Of a DNA stretch of 64,000 nt, positions 31,001 through 42,551 are shown piece after piece. The translations under genes were made by a program, and so were the position numbers. The stretch's first letter is position 1; every line of letters starts with the position of its first letter. This DNA is from Thermodesulfobacteriota bacterium (lineage in GTDB: Bacteria > Desulfobacterota > Desulfarculia > JACQYL01), in the NCBI GenBank assembly GCA_963675595.2, contig CAXXLZ010000002.1, positions 4,384,001 to 4,448,000 on the forward strand, read 5' to 3'. The notes below the pieces were generated by a model. It saw only the letters and a list, made by a program, of their open reading frames with translations. It ran no database searches and had not been told where the DNA came from.

Positions 31001-31909
31001 TATAGCGTTTGTCAGAAATACGTTCCCTATTGGGCGGACTTTGTGCATAAGCGAATCTATACTTTTGTGATAGTGTGTGCCATTAGGATGGTGGGATGGT
31101 GCGACGACTGCTGGAACCCGATGCGGAGAACGGGACCCGCTCCGAACTCAAGGAGGCGGGCCGCGTGGGCTCCAATGAGACGGCTTTGAGGTGCACGGCC
31201 GGCCGGATGCTTCTAACGGGCATATCAGCGACAGCTACCATATCCAATGCAGTTATGCGACGGTCGTTCGGTTCTTCCATAAAGGCGGCTTCGCCCTGAA
31301 AACGCCTTAACCTTGGCCGGACCGTCAGGATGAAGCGCAACAAGAAGCTTTTCGAAGTCAAATAGCCGAACTTCTTGAGGACCCGGACGTGGACGTCTGG
31401 TTTGCCGATGAATCCGGATTTGAAGGAGACCCCAGACCCAGACGCCGCTGGGATCAAAAAGGAAACAAAACCCGGATCACCAAGAACGGAGACCACCTCC
31501 GGATGAACGTGATGGGCATGGTCTGCCCTCGATTCGGCGAATCTTTTGCCATCGACACCTCACATTCCGATTCGGAGACGTTCCAGGCTTTCCTGGATGA
31601 GGCTGAACGGTTTGTCCCTTTACAGCGCCGCCGCAACGTTTTGGTTCCGGATGACGCCGCCCGGCATCGAAAACGGTCCATCAAGCGGCATGGATGGGAG
31701 CTTCTATTCCTACCCCCTTACTCACCGGACCTCAATCCCATCGAACGAATATGGCTCACCATGAAAGCCGAGTGGTTCAACAACCATGTCTCCAAGACCG
31801 TTGAAAATCTCCTCGAAAGGCTGGATCAAGCCATTCTCGATGTCATAAACCACCCCGATCGAGTCAAGCAGACCGCCGAAATCGGAATGTTATTTTGTAA
31901 ACCGCTATA
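31001..31909 (+). mobile_element. degenerate IS630-family insertion sequence
   Basis: Imperfect TIRs TATAGCGTTTGTCAGAAATACGTTCC versus rc TATAGCGGTTTACAAAATAACATTCC (19/26), both ending in TA; transposase fragments inside. Confidence 0.85.
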
Positions 31910-31910
31910 G
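31096..31910 (+). pseudogene. IS630 transposase, fragmented (N-terminal piece 31096-31299, DDE piece 31389-31910)
   Basis: WFADESGF, LFLPPYSPDLNPIERIW; middle motif degenerate (VPDDAARH versus the usual DNA); reading frame broken. Confidence 0.8.
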
Positions 31911-31940
31911 ACTCTAGTCGAAAATCTGGGAGGATGGAAT

Positions 31941-33077
31941 ATGGCACCATTGTTCCGATCGATTCATGCGATTGTCTTCTCGGCGCTGCTGGCGGTGCTC
32001 GGTTCGGTCGCGGGCTGTTCCGATTCCGACGGCCTCCATTATGACGAGAACCACGCTCTTGAACAGGCCATGGATCAAGCCCACCAGGAACAAGGTTTGC
32101 CCGGGATGGTCGCAACGGTAACCCGTCCGAATGGATCGGCCTGGACCGGTACCAGAGGAAAGTCCGAAATGACGACTGAAGCCGGAAATACTCCCCTGGT
32201 CCAGACGGGCGATTCCCTGGACAGCCGAACCCGATTCCGCATCGGCAGCGTCACCAAAAGCTTCACGGCTCTGCTGACTTTGATTCTGGCGGAGGAAGGG
32301 TATTTCAACCTGGACGACCGCCTGTCCCAATGGTTCCCGAACTTCGGGCCGAAAAGCGACGAAATCTCCCTTCGCCTTCTGTTGAACATGCGCAGCGGTC
32401 TGCCCGATTACGAAGAAGAGATTACCCAGCTCATGATCAAAGAACCGTACCGGCAATGGCATCCAATTGAAATCCTGGAGCTGGTCAAGGATAAACCCTT
32501 TGCCTTCGAACCTAATGAAGGCTGGACCTACTGCAATACCGGGTACATTGTTCTGGGAATCATCGCCGAACAGGCAACCGGCAGGCCTCTGCCCGAGTTG
32601 ATCCGGACCAAAATACTGGAACCTTTGAAGATGAACGACACATTCATGCCCGAAGCGAATGAGATAATCGAACCATTTGCCCGAGGTTACCAGTATTTTG
32701 ATAATACTTATTACCAGGGATGGACCGATGTCACTAACTGGAACCCGTCCGGCTCCGGTGCGGCTGGAAACATGATCTCCACTTTACACGACCTGACCAT
32801 CTGGCTTGCAGCCCTTCAAGAGGGTCGACTGGTCACGGAAGAACATCACCGGGAGATGTTCGACTTCGTGCCCACGGGGCTGGGTGTTTCTTATGGCTAC
32901 GGCATATATGATTTGGGCGGGTCCGTGGGACACAACGGCTTCATCTTCGGGTACACCACGGCAATGTATCGTTACGAAGGTTATGATTTCATCGTTCTGA
33001 CCAACGGTTCACCTAGCCTTGGGGTCGTGTCGGCCGATTCTGTTTTTCTGCGGCTGAAAGACGCTGTCTTTGAGTGA
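31941..33077 (+). CDS. serine hydrolase, beta-lactamase/D-peptidase family, lipoprotein
   Basis: FRIGSVTK (SxxK), YCN, GHNG; lipobox VAGC; GGAGG RBS. Confidence 0.92.
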   Translation: MAPLFRSIHAIVFSALLAVLGSVAGCSDSDGLHYDENHALEQAMDQAHQEQGLPGMVATVTRPNGSAWTGTRGKSEMTTEAGNTPLVQTGDSLDSRTRFRIGSVTKSFTALLTLILAEEGYFNLDDRLSQWFPNFGPKSDEISLRLLLNMRSGLPDYEEEITQLMIKEPYRQWHPIEILELVKDKPFAFEPNEGWTYCNTGYIVLGIIAEQATGRPLPELIRTKILEPLKMNDTFMPEANEIIEPFARGYQYFDNTYYQGWTDVTNWNPSGSGAAGNMISTLHDLTIWLAALQEGRLVTEEHHREMFDFVPTGLGVSYGYGIYDLGGSVGHNGFIFGYTTAMYRYEGYDFIVLTNGSPSLGVVSADSVFLRLKDAVFE

Positions 33078-33223
33078 AGTCGCCGGGATGGACCGTGGGA
33101 GACTACGAACGAAGGATTGATTCCGTAGTGCGCATTTATAGAAAACCGCGATATCGTTTGTATGGCGCAATGGCAGCAACATTGGTGCTTTTTTCGCTGT
33201 TGTTCCCGTGTGCCGTATTCAGC

Positions 33224-33254
33224 GTAGGGGGGCGGCTTTGAGCAAGCCGCCCCC
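33224..33254. terminator. GC-rich hairpin between convergent genes (GTAG-preceded, REP-like or terminator)
   Basis: GGGGGCGGCTT-TGAGC-AAGCCGCCCCC perfect 11-bp stem. Confidence 0.55.
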
Positions 33255-33285
33255 AAGAAAGTCGAAGCGAAGATTCGATCAGGTA

Positions 33286-34341
33286 CTAGCTCAGGCGGCC
33301 CACCGCGGGACTGGGCTTTCGGCCGTACTCCCTGGCGGTGGCCACGATGGCCTTCATGTTTTCATCCTTAATGTCCGGCCACAGGTCGCAACCGGGCCAG
33401 ACGGCGTCCACGCCGCCGTCGATGTTGGCCTTGATGCCGGCGACCGCCTGTTCCACCGTGGTCTCCTCTTTGCAGGGGAGGGCGAACACGTCGAAGTTTC
33501 CGAACACCAGCACGTCGTTCCCCAGTTTCTTGCGGGATTCGACCAGATTGTTCTTGATGTCCACGCTCACGGCGTCCGCGCCGCAGTCGGCCATCATCTC
33601 GATAATCAGGTCGGTGGCGCCGCAAATATGCAGGACCTTGGGTGACTTCCACGCTTCCATGATCCGACGCATGCGCGGTTGAATCACGGTCTTCCAGGTT
33701 CTGGGGCTGATGAGGTCGGAGCCCGTGCCCATTTCACGCAGCGTGATGTAGTCGGCGCCGGCCTCCTGATAGGCCTGACCGATCTTGATGATCATGTCGG
33801 TAACCTTGTCCAAGGTGTCTTCCACCTTCTGCTTTTCCTTGAACACGCCCTTAAGAAGGATATCCAGTTCCAGCAACTGACCGCACATGGTGAAGGGCCC
33901 CAGTTGCCACGCGCCTACGGCCAGCTCGGGAGCTTCTTTCTTGCACAACTTGATCGCATCCACCACCATGGGCATGCGACCCAATTCCGTGATGTTGTCC
34001 GGAATCGTCACTTCGTCCATGTTGGTCCACATTTTGTTGGGAATGGTGGGGTAAAGGATGTCTTCGGAGTTTTCATACAGACTGATTTTATTGCCGATGG
34101 CTTCCGACTCGCAGGTCATGTCGAAAGGCACGACCACGGAGTCGAAGTCGTACATGCGGCTGGTCAGAATGGCCGATTTCGCCATTTTTTCGGCATCGGT
34201 ATGAATCTGAGGGAAGTTGTAACCAAGCTGCTTGATCGCCGGCAGGAGCACCATACCCATTCCGCTGAAAAACGGCATGGTATCCACGGGTTCTTTCTTG
34301 AATGCTTTCAAAACGCGTTCTTTAGGGGTCAACTGTGCCAT
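33286..34341 (-). CDS. MtaA/CmuA-like methyltransferase (uroporphyrinogen decarboxylase superfamily)
   Basis: TPKERV N-terminus, PFDMTCESEAIG, GPFT, Zn-ligand motif LHICG and C-terminal PGCD. Confidence 0.85.
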   Translation of the reverse strand: MAQLTPKERVLKAFKKEPVDTMPFFSGMGMVLLPAIKQLGYNFPQIHTDAEKMAKSAILTSRMYDFDSVVVPFDMTCESEAIGNKISLYENSEDILYPTIPNKMWTNMDEVTIPDNITELGRMPMVVDAIKLCKKEAPELAVGAWQLGPFTMCGQLLELDILLKGVFKEKQKVEDTLDKVTDMIIKIGQAYQEAGADYITLREMGTGSDLISPRTWKTVIQPRMRRIMEAWKSPKVLHICGATDLIIEMMADCGADAVSVDIKNNLVESRKKLGNDVLVFGNFDVFALPCKEETTVEQAVAGIKANIDGGVDAVWPGCDLWPDIKDENMKAIVATAREYGRKPSPAVGRLS

Positions 34342-34660
34342 AGAAAAACCTGTCTCCTTGTACTGCAAAAGTTAGTCCGAACATTCCTCAGGCCTCGAGA
34401 TCCATCGCAGGTCAAATCCTAAGTGGAAGCGGGCCTGAGACGCATGGTCCGGGCTTTATGCCTTGTGTGCACAATGGTGTCAATCGACCGGGGGACTATT
34501 TTTGGCGCCCGAGGGGACGACTTCCCGGCCGGCGGAACATTTCGTGAGTTGGATTCAAGAGGCTCCGAAGCGGCGTCGGACCCCTTCATGGATGATGCAT
34601 CGGGCGTTGCCTCGGAGCCCGGCGTTGGGAGTTCACCTCTGATTCCCGGAACGGAGCCGA

Positions 34661-35311
34661 CTAAAGGATGGTGCCGTTGACCAGCTTGACCACGCTCCAA
34701 TCGGAGAAGTAGTCGATCACGTTCACGCAGGCGTAATCCTGTTCAATGCGGAACACCTGGCTGAGATCGAGATTCAGGGCTTTGCTGAGGATGATCCGGT
34801 TGGGGCCCCCGTGGGCCACGATAAGGATGGTCTTGGATTCCTTCCCTTCCATAATCGAGTCAAGAGCCTCCACGACCCGGCTCTCCGTCTGTCGGAAACT
34901 TTCCCCCTCCGGGATGCGATATCCGGCGATATCCTTCCGCCAGGAATGGAACACGTCGGGAAGTTGGTCCGCGACCTTTTTGAATGATAGGCCTTCCATC
35001 ACTCCGAAATTCATCTCCCGGAGACCCGGTATGGGCACAGGTTCCATATTGCGACCCACGGCGATGGTATTCGCCCCGGTCACGGTTCTTTTGAGGTCGC
35101 TGGAGTAAATCTCGTCGATGACTTCATCCTTCAAGAGGTCGGCCACCGCTTCGAGCTGACGCCGGCCGAAATCGGAAACGCCGACGTCCGTGTGCCCGTT
35201 GAAACAAAAATCGGCGTGGTTTTCCACCTGGCCGTGTCGTACCAGAAACAAACGGGTTCTTTGGTCTCGGCCGGGAATGACTTTTTCCTTCCAACTTTCT
35301 TTAGGAATCAT
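34661..35311 (-). CDS. histidine phosphatase family protein (alpha-ribazole phosphatase CobC-like)
   Basis: LVRHGQ, YSSDLKR, LREMNFG, PEGES, VAHGG. Confidence 0.85.
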   Translation of the reverse strand: MIPKESWKEKVIPGRDQRTRLFLVRHGQVENHADFCFNGHTDVGVSDFGRRQLEAVADLLKDEVIDEIYSSDLKRTVTGANTIAVGRNMEPVPIPGLREMNFGVMEGLSFKKVADQLPDVFHSWRKDIAGYRIPEGESFRQTESRVVEALDSIMEGKESKTILIVAHGGPNRIILSKALNLDLSQVFRIEQDYACVNVIDYFSDWSVVKLVNGTIL

Positions 35312-35314
35312 GAA

Positions 35315-36442
35315 TCAACCCTTGTTCGGGAACACCGGTATGGAGAATTCCCTGTTGTCGTTAGGTACAATCGTATCTTTTGAGTCCGTCCAACGGCGGA
35401 CTTTGTCCATCAATGAGCCGTCGCCTTCCTGTCCGGCCAGGGCCTTCGCAATGGAAAGCATTGTCGCCAAGTCACCGCCGCAACGGCGGAGGAAGTCCTC
35501 GAATACGGCGAATGAACGGTGGTAGAGCCCGACGGAAAGCAGATAAGCGTTGTTCAGGCCGTGATCGCCGAAGCCGTGGAATCGAGGAGTCTTCAGCTCT
35601 TTTCGGATAAGGTCGAACTCGCCGAGTATTTCCTCGAATACCACTTCCCTGCGAACAAGCACCTCCTCTTCGCTCAACCCTTCTGCGTAGAGGGTTTCCA
35701 GTTGTTTGAAAGCCCGATCCATGAAGTCGGAAAATATCCTCTCGTCCCGGACGGCGTCTGATGCGAAAAGAGTCTCCTCGTGATCCGGCCCGAACCGTTG
35801 TTCGCAGAATTGTCGGGCGCCCTGCAAGCCCACGAGCACGGCCAGCCCCTCGTTGAAGTTCCCCTGACCCGATTCGTAGATGGTCACGTGGGTTAGTTCG
35901 TGAAGAATGATCTCCGCGAGAGTCGCCGGCCGCAGCTTGAGAAGATACGGGGTTACCGGGTCCTGGAACCATCCGAGGGTGCTGTAGGCGGCGGCCCTCC
36001 TCAGGACGGTGTCCATGCCGTCGCCCTCCAATTTCCGTTGTTCTTCACGGGCCTTGTCGAGGTCGAAGAAACCGAGATAGGGGATTCGCCCGGCGATGGG
36101 AAACCACCAGGTCTTGAGTTTCAGTTGGTCCTTTGGTGAGGCGGAAACGGTGTAAACCGGGGGCCGCTCCCCCATATAGACTTCGCGGTAATTCTCCGTG
36201 TGTTTGAGGCCCAATCGGGCCTCCCCGAACTCACGAATTTCCTGAGCCAATATCGCGGCGTTCAGCTCCTCCCCGGAAAGCCCGCCTTCTTCTTTCAACT
36301 CCTCCAAAGGGCGTGAACCGCGCATCATGTCCCACTGCCCCAGGCCCACGTGAACCAAGTATCCGATTCGGCATCCCGCCAGGCTCGAAAGTAGAGCCAG
36401 GCAGCAAAGTATCCGTATCGGAGTATTGGTGATTGGTCTCAT
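35315..36442 (-). CDS. putative zinc aminopeptidase lipoprotein (DUF2265-like)
   Basis: Lipobox LAGC, WWFPIAG, AYSTLGWFQDP, HELTH...FNE, LNNAYL. Confidence 0.85.
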   Translation of the reverse strand: MRPITNTPIRILCCLALLSSLAGCRIGYLVHVGLGQWDMMRGSRPLEELKEEGGLSGEELNAAILAQEIREFGEARLGLKHTENYREVYMGERPPVYTVSASPKDQLKLKTWWFPIAGRIPYLGFFDLDKAREEQRKLEGDGMDTVLRRAAAYSTLGWFQDPVTPYLLKLRPATLAEIILHELTHVTIYESGQGNFNEGLAVLVGLQGARQFCEQRFGPDHEETLFASDAVRDERIFSDFMDRAFKQLETLYAEGLSEEEVLVRREVVFEEILGEFDLIRKELKTPRFHGFGDHGLNNAYLLSVGLYHRSFAVFEDFLRRCGGDLATMLSIAKALAGQEGDGSLMDKVRRWTDSKDTIVPNDNREFSIPVFPNKG

Positions 36443-36586
36443 AAAGCCATAATACCGGGGGGTGTATGCCCGCCGCGGACCTTCCCGAATCTTCTTGGCC
36501 GGGAAGGTGCGGCTGAACTCAAAGGTCTTTCGGGAGGTCGGGAGACAAGAGCGGGCCCCGGGATCGAGGCTTCGCGCGATTTCGCA

Positions 36587-37627
36587 CTATTGTCCCTCGG
36601 CCATTCGACGGAAGGCGGCTTCATAGGGCTCGCCGGCCACGCCTTTTTCCGTGATGATCCCGACCACGAGCTCATGGGGGGTCACGTCGAAAGCGATGTT
36701 TCGCACGGGTACGTTCTTGGGCACAATGGGTTTTCCGAACACGGTGGCCACTTCGTGCGCGGGACGTTCCTCGATGGGAATCTCGTCCCCGGACTTGAGG
36801 GAAAGATCAATGGTGGACAACGGCGCGGCCACGTAAAAAGGGACCCCGTGAGTCTTGGCCAAAACGGCCAATGGATAAGTGCCGATTTTATTGGCCGTGT
36901 CTCCGTTAGCCGCGATTCGGTCCGCTCCGACCACGATCACCTGTACGGCACCGGAACGCATTAAGGTACCCGCCATGCTGTCGCCGATGACGGTAACGGG
37001 GATTCCGTCCTTCTCCAACTCCCAGGCCGTCAAACGCGCGCCCTGAAGAAAGGGACGAGTCTCATCCGCCAGGACTTGTATCTTCTTGCCGGACTCCACG
37101 GCGGCACGAATCACTCCCAGGGCGGTGCCGTAACCTCCGGTGGCCAAAGCACCGGCGTTGCAGTGGGTCAACACGGTTGCACCGTCGGGAATGAGATCGG
37201 CTCCCATGGCCCCGATGTTCTTGTTAATGGCCACATCCTCTTCCAGGATGGTTTGAGACTCCCGGAACAGAATTTCTCGAATCTCTTCAACAGGACGATT
37301 TCGGTTCGCCTCAGCCAGGGCTTTCATCCGATCCACGGCCCACGCCAGGTTCACGGCCGTGGGGCGAGCTTGCCTCAGGGCGTCGCACACCTGCTCAAGA
37401 TGTTTGTAAAAGGCTTGGTGCGTTCCAAGGTTCCGTTTGGATGCGCCCAAGGCCACTCCCATGGCGGCGGCGACACCGATGGCGGGCGCCCCCCGAATGA
37501 CCATGTTCTTGATGGCTTCGATCACGTCCTTCACGGTGCGGCAGGTCAAATATTTTTCCGCCCAGGGGAGTTTCCTCTGGTCCAGCATGAGCACTCGACC
37601 GTCTTTCCAATAAATCGTCGGCAGCAT
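36587..37627 (-). CDS. mtnA: S-methyl-5-thioribose-1-phosphate isomerase
   Basis: [53 protein letters not shown]. Confidence 0.96.
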   Translation of the reverse strand: MLPTIYWKDGRVLMLDQRKLPWAEKYLTCRTVKDVIEAIKNMVIRGAPAIGVAAAMGVALGASKRNLGTHQAFYKHLEQVCDALRQARPTAVNLAWAVDRMKALAEANRNRPVEEIREILFRESQTILEEDVAINKNIGAMGADLIPDGATVLTHCNAGALATGGYGTALGVIRAAVESGKKIQVLADETRPFLQGARLTAWELEKDGIPVTVIGDSMAGTLMRSGAVQVIVVGADRIAANGDTANKIGTYPLAVLAKTHGVPFYVAAPLSTIDLSLKSGDEIPIEERPAHEVATVFGKPIVPKNVPVRNIAFDVTPHELVVGIITEKGVAGEPYEAAFRRMAEGQ

Positions 37628-37703
37628 GTGGGTTCCGTTCTTCGCAGGGAGGCCCCGACGGAGCCGAAACTCCGCCCGGGACCTCCGGGTTGGCGTCGGA
37701 ATC

Positions 37704-39131
37704 TTAGTCCAGTAGTTTTTTCAAAGCGTCGTTGACCACCTGCGGGTTGGCCTTGCCTTTGGAGGCTTTCATGACCTGGCCCACGAAGAATCCGAACAGC
37801 TTCTTCTTGCCTCCCCGATAGGCCTCAACCTCATTGGGATTCTCATCCATCACCTTCTTGATCAAGTCCTCGATGGCTCCCGAATCGCTGACCTGAACCA
37901 GGCCTTTTTCTTCGACCACTTGTCGGGCGGATTTGCCGGAGGAAAACATTTCCTCGAAAACCGTTTTGGCGATCTTACCGCTGATGGTTTCATCACGAAT
38001 GAGACCCAGGAGACCGGAAAGCTCATCGGAAGAAACGGGGGACTGCTCGATTTCAAGGCCGCCTTTATTAAGAAAGTGCATGAGTTCCCCCATGATCCAG
38101 TTGGCGGCCATTTTGGCATCCCCGGTCTTCTCGGCGGTGCGTTCGTAGTAATCCGCCGTGGCTCTTCGGGCGATGAGCACGGAAGCGTCGTAGTCGGACA
38201 ACCCGTATTCCCGCACAAAGCGGTCCTTCTTCTCGTCGGGGAGTTCGGGCAGCTTGGAGCGTGTTTCCTGAATCCAGGCCTCGTCGACGACCACGGGAAC
38301 CAGGTCGGGATCCGGAAAATATCTGTAGTCGTGGGATTCCTCTTTGCCGCGCATGGAGAGCGACTGCCCGCGAGCGGCGTCCCAGAGGCGCGTTTCCTGT
38401 ATCACCGCCTCCCCCGAGTCCAGGAGCGATCGCTGCCGCAGGATTTCGAAATCCAGCGCCTGCTGTACGTGCCTGAAGGAGTTCATGTTCTTGAGCTCGG
38501 TTCTCGTACCGAGCTTTTCGCTTCCCATGGGACGAATAGACACGTTGGCGTCACAGCGGAAGCTGCCTTCTTCCATGTTCCCGTCGCAGATTTCCGCGTA
38601 TTGGAGAATGCTTCTAAGCTTTTTGAGGTAGAGTACCGCCTCTTCGCTGGAACGCATGTCCGGTTCGCTGACGATTTCGATCAGGGGCACGCCGCAGCGA
38701 TTGAAATCTACATAACTCACCGGACTGAAATCGTCGTGAACGAGTTTGCCGGCGTCTTCTTCCATGTGAATGCGGGTGAGACCGACGCGTTTCGTCTTTC
38801 CGGCCGGCTCGATATCCACGTGGCCGCCCACGGCCAGAGGTTCCTCGAACTGGGATATCTGGTATCCTTTGGGCAGGTCCGGGTAGAAATAATTCTTTCG
38901 GGCCAGCCTGGAAAAAGGAGCGATGGTGCAGTCGGTGGCCAGACCCATCATCATGGCGAACTCCACCACTTTGCGGTTGAGCACGGGAAGCGTTCCGGGC
39001 ATCCCCTGGCAAATGGGGCAGGTGTGAGAGTTGGGCGGGGCCCCGAATCGTGTCGAGCATCCGCAAAAGGTTTTGCTCTGGGTCAGCAGTTGAGCGTGGA
39101 CTTCCAGTCCGATGACGGCTTCGTATTCCAT
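37704..39131 (-). CDS. gatB: Asp/Glu-tRNA amidotransferase subunit B
   Basis: [52 protein letters not shown]. Confidence 0.97.
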   Translation of the reverse strand: MEYEAVIGLEVHAQLLTQSKTFCGCSTRFGAPPNSHTCPICQGMPGTLPVLNRKVVEFAMMMGLATDCTIAPFSRLARKNYFYPDLPKGYQISQFEEPLAVGGHVDIEPAGKTKRVGLTRIHMEEDAGKLVHDDFSPVSYVDFNRCGVPLIEIVSEPDMRSSEEAVLYLKKLRSILQYAEICDGNMEEGSFRCDANVSIRPMGSEKLGTRTELKNMNSFRHVQQALDFEILRQRSLLDSGEAVIQETRLWDAARGQSLSMRGKEESHDYRYFPDPDLVPVVVDEAWIQETRSKLPELPDEKKDRFVREYGLSDYDASVLIARRATADYYERTAEKTGDAKMAANWIMGELMHFLNKGGLEIEQSPVSSDELSGLLGLIRDETISGKIAKTVFEEMFSSGKSARQVVEEKGLVQVSDSGAIEDLIKKVMDENPNEVEAYRGGKKKLFGFFVGQVMKASKGKANPQVVNDALKKLLD

Positions 39132-39316
39132 GTTCCCGTTGTCCTCTCCAAGATGGTTACCCGGCCTGTATAGGAATTCTCGTTCCCGACTGTCAAGCGC
39201 CATGCCGTGTGGCCGGCGGGGCATCTCTTGACAAGGCTCGCGGGAAGTCCTTAGATGACGGGTCATCGGCTCGGAATGAGATTGGCCGATACCACAAAAC
39301 GGTCCGGGAGACTCAA

Positions 39317-42013
39317 ATGTCCGAAGAAATATCAGATTCCTTGTTGAAGGTATATCTAGTGGATGGAAGTTCGTACCTGTATCGTTCGTTTTATGCGGTA
39401 CGGGGCCTGCAGAACCGGGACGGGCTGCCGACCAACGCCGTTTTCGGGTTTGTCAGCATGATCAACAGGATTCTGAAATCCAAGTCTCCCTCTCACATGG
39501 CCATCGTGTTCGACACGCCGGCGCCCACTTTTCGGCACGAGAGATACCCCGAATACAAGGCCCACCGCGACGTCATCCCCGAGGAACTGGTGATCCAGAT
39601 TCCATATATTAAGCGGATTGTTCGCATGCTCGGCATTCCCATTGTCGAGCATGACGGAGTGGAGGCGGACGACGTGATCGGCACGATCGCGAAAGAGGCC
39701 GTGGAGAACTGGAGGGCCGAAGTGGTATTGGTCTCTTCCGATAAGGATTTTTTTCAGCTTCTTTCCGATCGGGTGCGCATGTGGGACACCATGAAGGACG
39801 TGATGGTGACTCCCGAGGACGTGGAAAGCAGGTTCGGGCTGGAGCCTTCCAGAGTCCTCGAGGTGATGGGACTCATGGGGGACACTTCGGACAATATTCC
39901 CGGCGTTCCCGGCATCGGCGAAAAAACGGCGGTAAAGCTCATTTCGGAGTTCGGGGGTCTGGACGACCTGCTGGAGCGCTGGGAGGATGTGAAGCAGAAC
40001 AAGCTTCGGCAAAACCTGCGGGAATTCCGAGACCAGGCGTTGTTGTCCAAGGAGTTGATGACAATCAAAACGGACGTGCCTTTGAATCTTTCTCAGGAAG
40101 ACCTAAAGCTCCACAGAGCGGACTGGGAGGAGCTCAAAAAACTTTATGCCGAGTTGGATTTTCAGTCCCTCATCGAGGAGGAACCGTCCGCTCCGGAACA
40201 ACGAGATAGAGACTACCGGTTGATTACCCGCCTCGAGGATCTGGACGCGTTGGTGGATGAACTGTGCGGATTGGATGTGGTTTCCGTGGACACGGAAACC
40301 ACGTCTCAGGAACCCATGCGGGCGAGGCTGGTGGGAGTCTCCCTTTGCGGCGAGCCCGGACGGGCCTATTATATCCCCTTGGGCCATTCTCCTTTGGCCG
40401 CGCCGGAACAGGTGGATTTCGAGGCGGGCCGAAGCCGGCTTCGTCGCCTCATCGAAAACGAGGCGATCCGTAAGGTGGGGCACAACCTGAAATACGACAT
40501 CCTGGTTCTGGAGAAGCATGGTTTCGAACCGGCCGGTCGCATCTCCGACACCATGGTCGCGTCCTATCTGATCGATCCCGACCGCCACGCCCATAGTCTG
40601 GAAAAGGTGGCGTGGGAATTCTTGGGCGAAAAAGTCATCACCTACAAGGAAGTGGCGGGAAGCGGGAAAAAGGAGATCACATTCGACGCCGTACCCGTAG
40701 AGCGGGCCTGCGAATATGCGGCGGAAGACGCGGACATGGCGTTTCGTTTGCACGAGACGCTGAGCGCGGAACTGCAAAGCAAGGCTTTGGATCGGCTCAT
40801 GGACGAAGTCGAGATGCCGCTGGTCTTTGTTTTGGCGGCCATGGAGCGCTGGGGAGTGAAGATCGATCGGGATCATCTGAGACATCTGTCCAAGGAGCTG
40901 TCGGAACAGGCTTGGCAAATCGAGGATCGCATTTACCAACTAGCGGGAAGAAGGTTCAATATCAATTCACCCAAGCAGCTCAGTTCGGTGCTGTTCGAGG
41001 AGATGGGGCTGACGCCGCTCAAGAAGACCCGGAAGAAATCCGGGTACTCGACGGACATGGAAGTTCTGTCCTCCCTGGCTCTGGGGGAGCCCATCGCCGA
41101 AGAGTTGGTGAACTACCGGACTCTCACCAAGCTGATTTCGACCTATATCGACACGCTGCCGCTGCTGATTCATCCCGACACGGGACGAGTACACACTTCC
41201 TTTAATCAAACCGTGACGTCCACGGGCCGTCTGAGCAGCAGCAACCCGAATCTTCAGAACATCCCCGTGCGAGGTGAATTCGGAAGACGCGTGCGGGAAG
41301 CATTTGTTCCGGAACCCGGTTTTACCATGGTCTCCGCCGATTACAGCCAGATCGAGTTGCGCGTGCTGGCCCACTATTCCGGAGATCCGGCGCTCGTGGG
41401 GGCATTTCAGGCTGGAGAGGACGTCCATACTCAGACGGCCTGCGGAATGTTCGGCGTGTCGCCCGAAGAAGTAACCTCGGACATGCGCCGGAAAGCCAAG
41501 GTGGTCAATTTTGGGATCATCTACGGTATGCAGGCTTTCGGACTCGCTCGGGAACTGAACATTTCCCGGGGAGAAGCACGGGACTATATAGAAAACTATT
41601 TCAAAAGATTCGCCGGAGTGAAGTCGTTCTTCGAAAAGAATCTCCATGAAGCGGTCCAAAACGGCTTTGTGTCCACCTTGTTGGGGCGTCGGCGATATCT
41701 TCCCCAACTCGACTCGAAGAACAACGCGTTACGGAGCAATGCGGAACGTATTGCCACTAACACCCCCATACAAGGTTCTGCGGCGGATGTGATCAAAGTG
41801 GCCATGATCCGGCTGCTCGAGGTTCTAAGAACCCGGTATCCGCGGGTGAAAATGATCCTTCAAGTGCACGACGAACTGGTTTTTGAGGTACCGGATGAGG
41901 AGCTGGACAAACTGGTCGGCGTGATCAGAAAAGAAATGGAAGGAGCCATGACCCTGGCAGTGCCTCTGTCCGTGGACGTCAATTGGGGGCGCAACTGGGC
42001 CGAAGCCCACTGA
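39317..42013 (+). CDS. polA: DNA polymerase I
   Basis: 5'-3' exo ([20 protein letters not shown]), 3'-5' exo (DTET), polymerase ([14 protein letters not shown]). Confidence 0.97.
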   Translation: MSEEISDSLLKVYLVDGSSYLYRSFYAVRGLQNRDGLPTNAVFGFVSMINRILKSKSPSHMAIVFDTPAPTFRHERYPEYKAHRDVIPEELVIQIPYIKRIVRMLGIPIVEHDGVEADDVIGTIAKEAVENWRAEVVLVSSDKDFFQLLSDRVRMWDTMKDVMVTPEDVESRFGLEPSRVLEVMGLMGDTSDNIPGVPGIGEKTAVKLISEFGGLDDLLERWEDVKQNKLRQNLREFRDQALLSKELMTIKTDVPLNLSQEDLKLHRADWEELKKLYAELDFQSLIEEEPSAPEQRDRDYRLITRLEDLDALVDELCGLDVVSVDTETTSQEPMRARLVGVSLCGEPGRAYYIPLGHSPLAAPEQVDFEAGRSRLRRLIENEAIRKVGHNLKYDILVLEKHGFEPAGRISDTMVASYLIDPDRHAHSLEKVAWEFLGEKVITYKEVAGSGKKEITFDAVPVERACEYAAEDADMAFRLHETLSAELQSKALDRLMDEVEMPLVFVLAAMERWGVKIDRDHLRHLSKELSEQAWQIEDRIYQLAGRRFNINSPKQLSSVLFEEMGLTPLKKTRKKSGYSTDMEVLSSLALGEPIAEELVNYRTLTKLISTYIDTLPLLIHPDTGRVHTSFNQTVTSTGRLSSSNPNLQNIPVRGEFGRRVREAFVPEPGFTMVSADYSQIELRVLAHYSGDPALVGAFQAGEDVHTQTACGMFGVSPEEVTSDMRRKAKVVNFGIIYGMQAFGLARELNISRGEARDYIENYFKRFAGVKSFFEKNLHEAVQNGFVSTLLGRRRYLPQLDSKNNALRSNAERIATNTPIQGSAADVIKVAMIRLLEVLRTRYPRVKMILQVHDELVFEVPDEELDKLVGVIRKEMEGAMTLAVPLSVDVNWGRNWAEAH

Positions 42014-42540
42014 TGCCGGAGGTCGGGGACGATGGTATGCGCAATTCCGGTATGACGGAGGGATTCGATCTCGAACTTCTGACGCGGCAGGTCGTCGAAT
42101 CACAGAGCACTCTGACCCTGGCCACCGCAGCCGGTGGGGAGGCATGGGCCGCCCCTGTCTACTATGTGAACCGCGAGGCGGCCCTGTATTTCTTCTCGAA
42201 ACCTGATTCCCGGCACGTTCGGGAAAGTCTGGCCGCGGCGGGTCAAGCAGCGGGATCGATCCATGTGCCGGCGGATTCATGGAGGGACATACGGGGAATC
42301 CAGATGTCCGGGAAGATCGAGATGGTGGGGCCGGGGGTGGAAGCGGCCAAGGCGGTGCGCGGGTATCTGCGCAAGTTCCCCTTCACCCTGGAATTCTTCG
42401 AGGGTGAAGGCGCGAAGGACCTGGATTCCTTCCGTGATCGTTTCAAGGTCCGTTTGTATCGATTTCGTCCGGAATTGGTTTACTATTTAGATAACCGCAT
42501 TCGATTCGGATTTCGAGAAAAGGTGGAAGCCGGATGGTAG
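42013..42540 (+). CDS. pyridoxamine 5'-phosphate oxidase family (YhbP-like) protein
   Basis: TLTLAT, WAAPVYY, SRH, IRGIQ, DNRIRFG; start uncertain. Confidence 0.8.
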   Translation: MPEVGDDGMRNSGMTEGFDLELLTRQVVESQSTLTLATAAGGEAWAAPVYYVNREAALYFFSKPDSRHVRESLAAAGQAAGSIHVPADSWRDIRGIQMSGKIEMVGPGVEAAKAVRGYLRKFPFTLEFFEGEGAKDLDSFRDRFKVRLYRFRPELVYYLDNRIRFGFREKVEAGW

Positions 42541-42551
42541 GAAAGGGAGAA

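Noticed and set aside
37704-39131. gatB without gatA/gatC
   Set aside because: Split gatCA and gatB loci are common; not unusual
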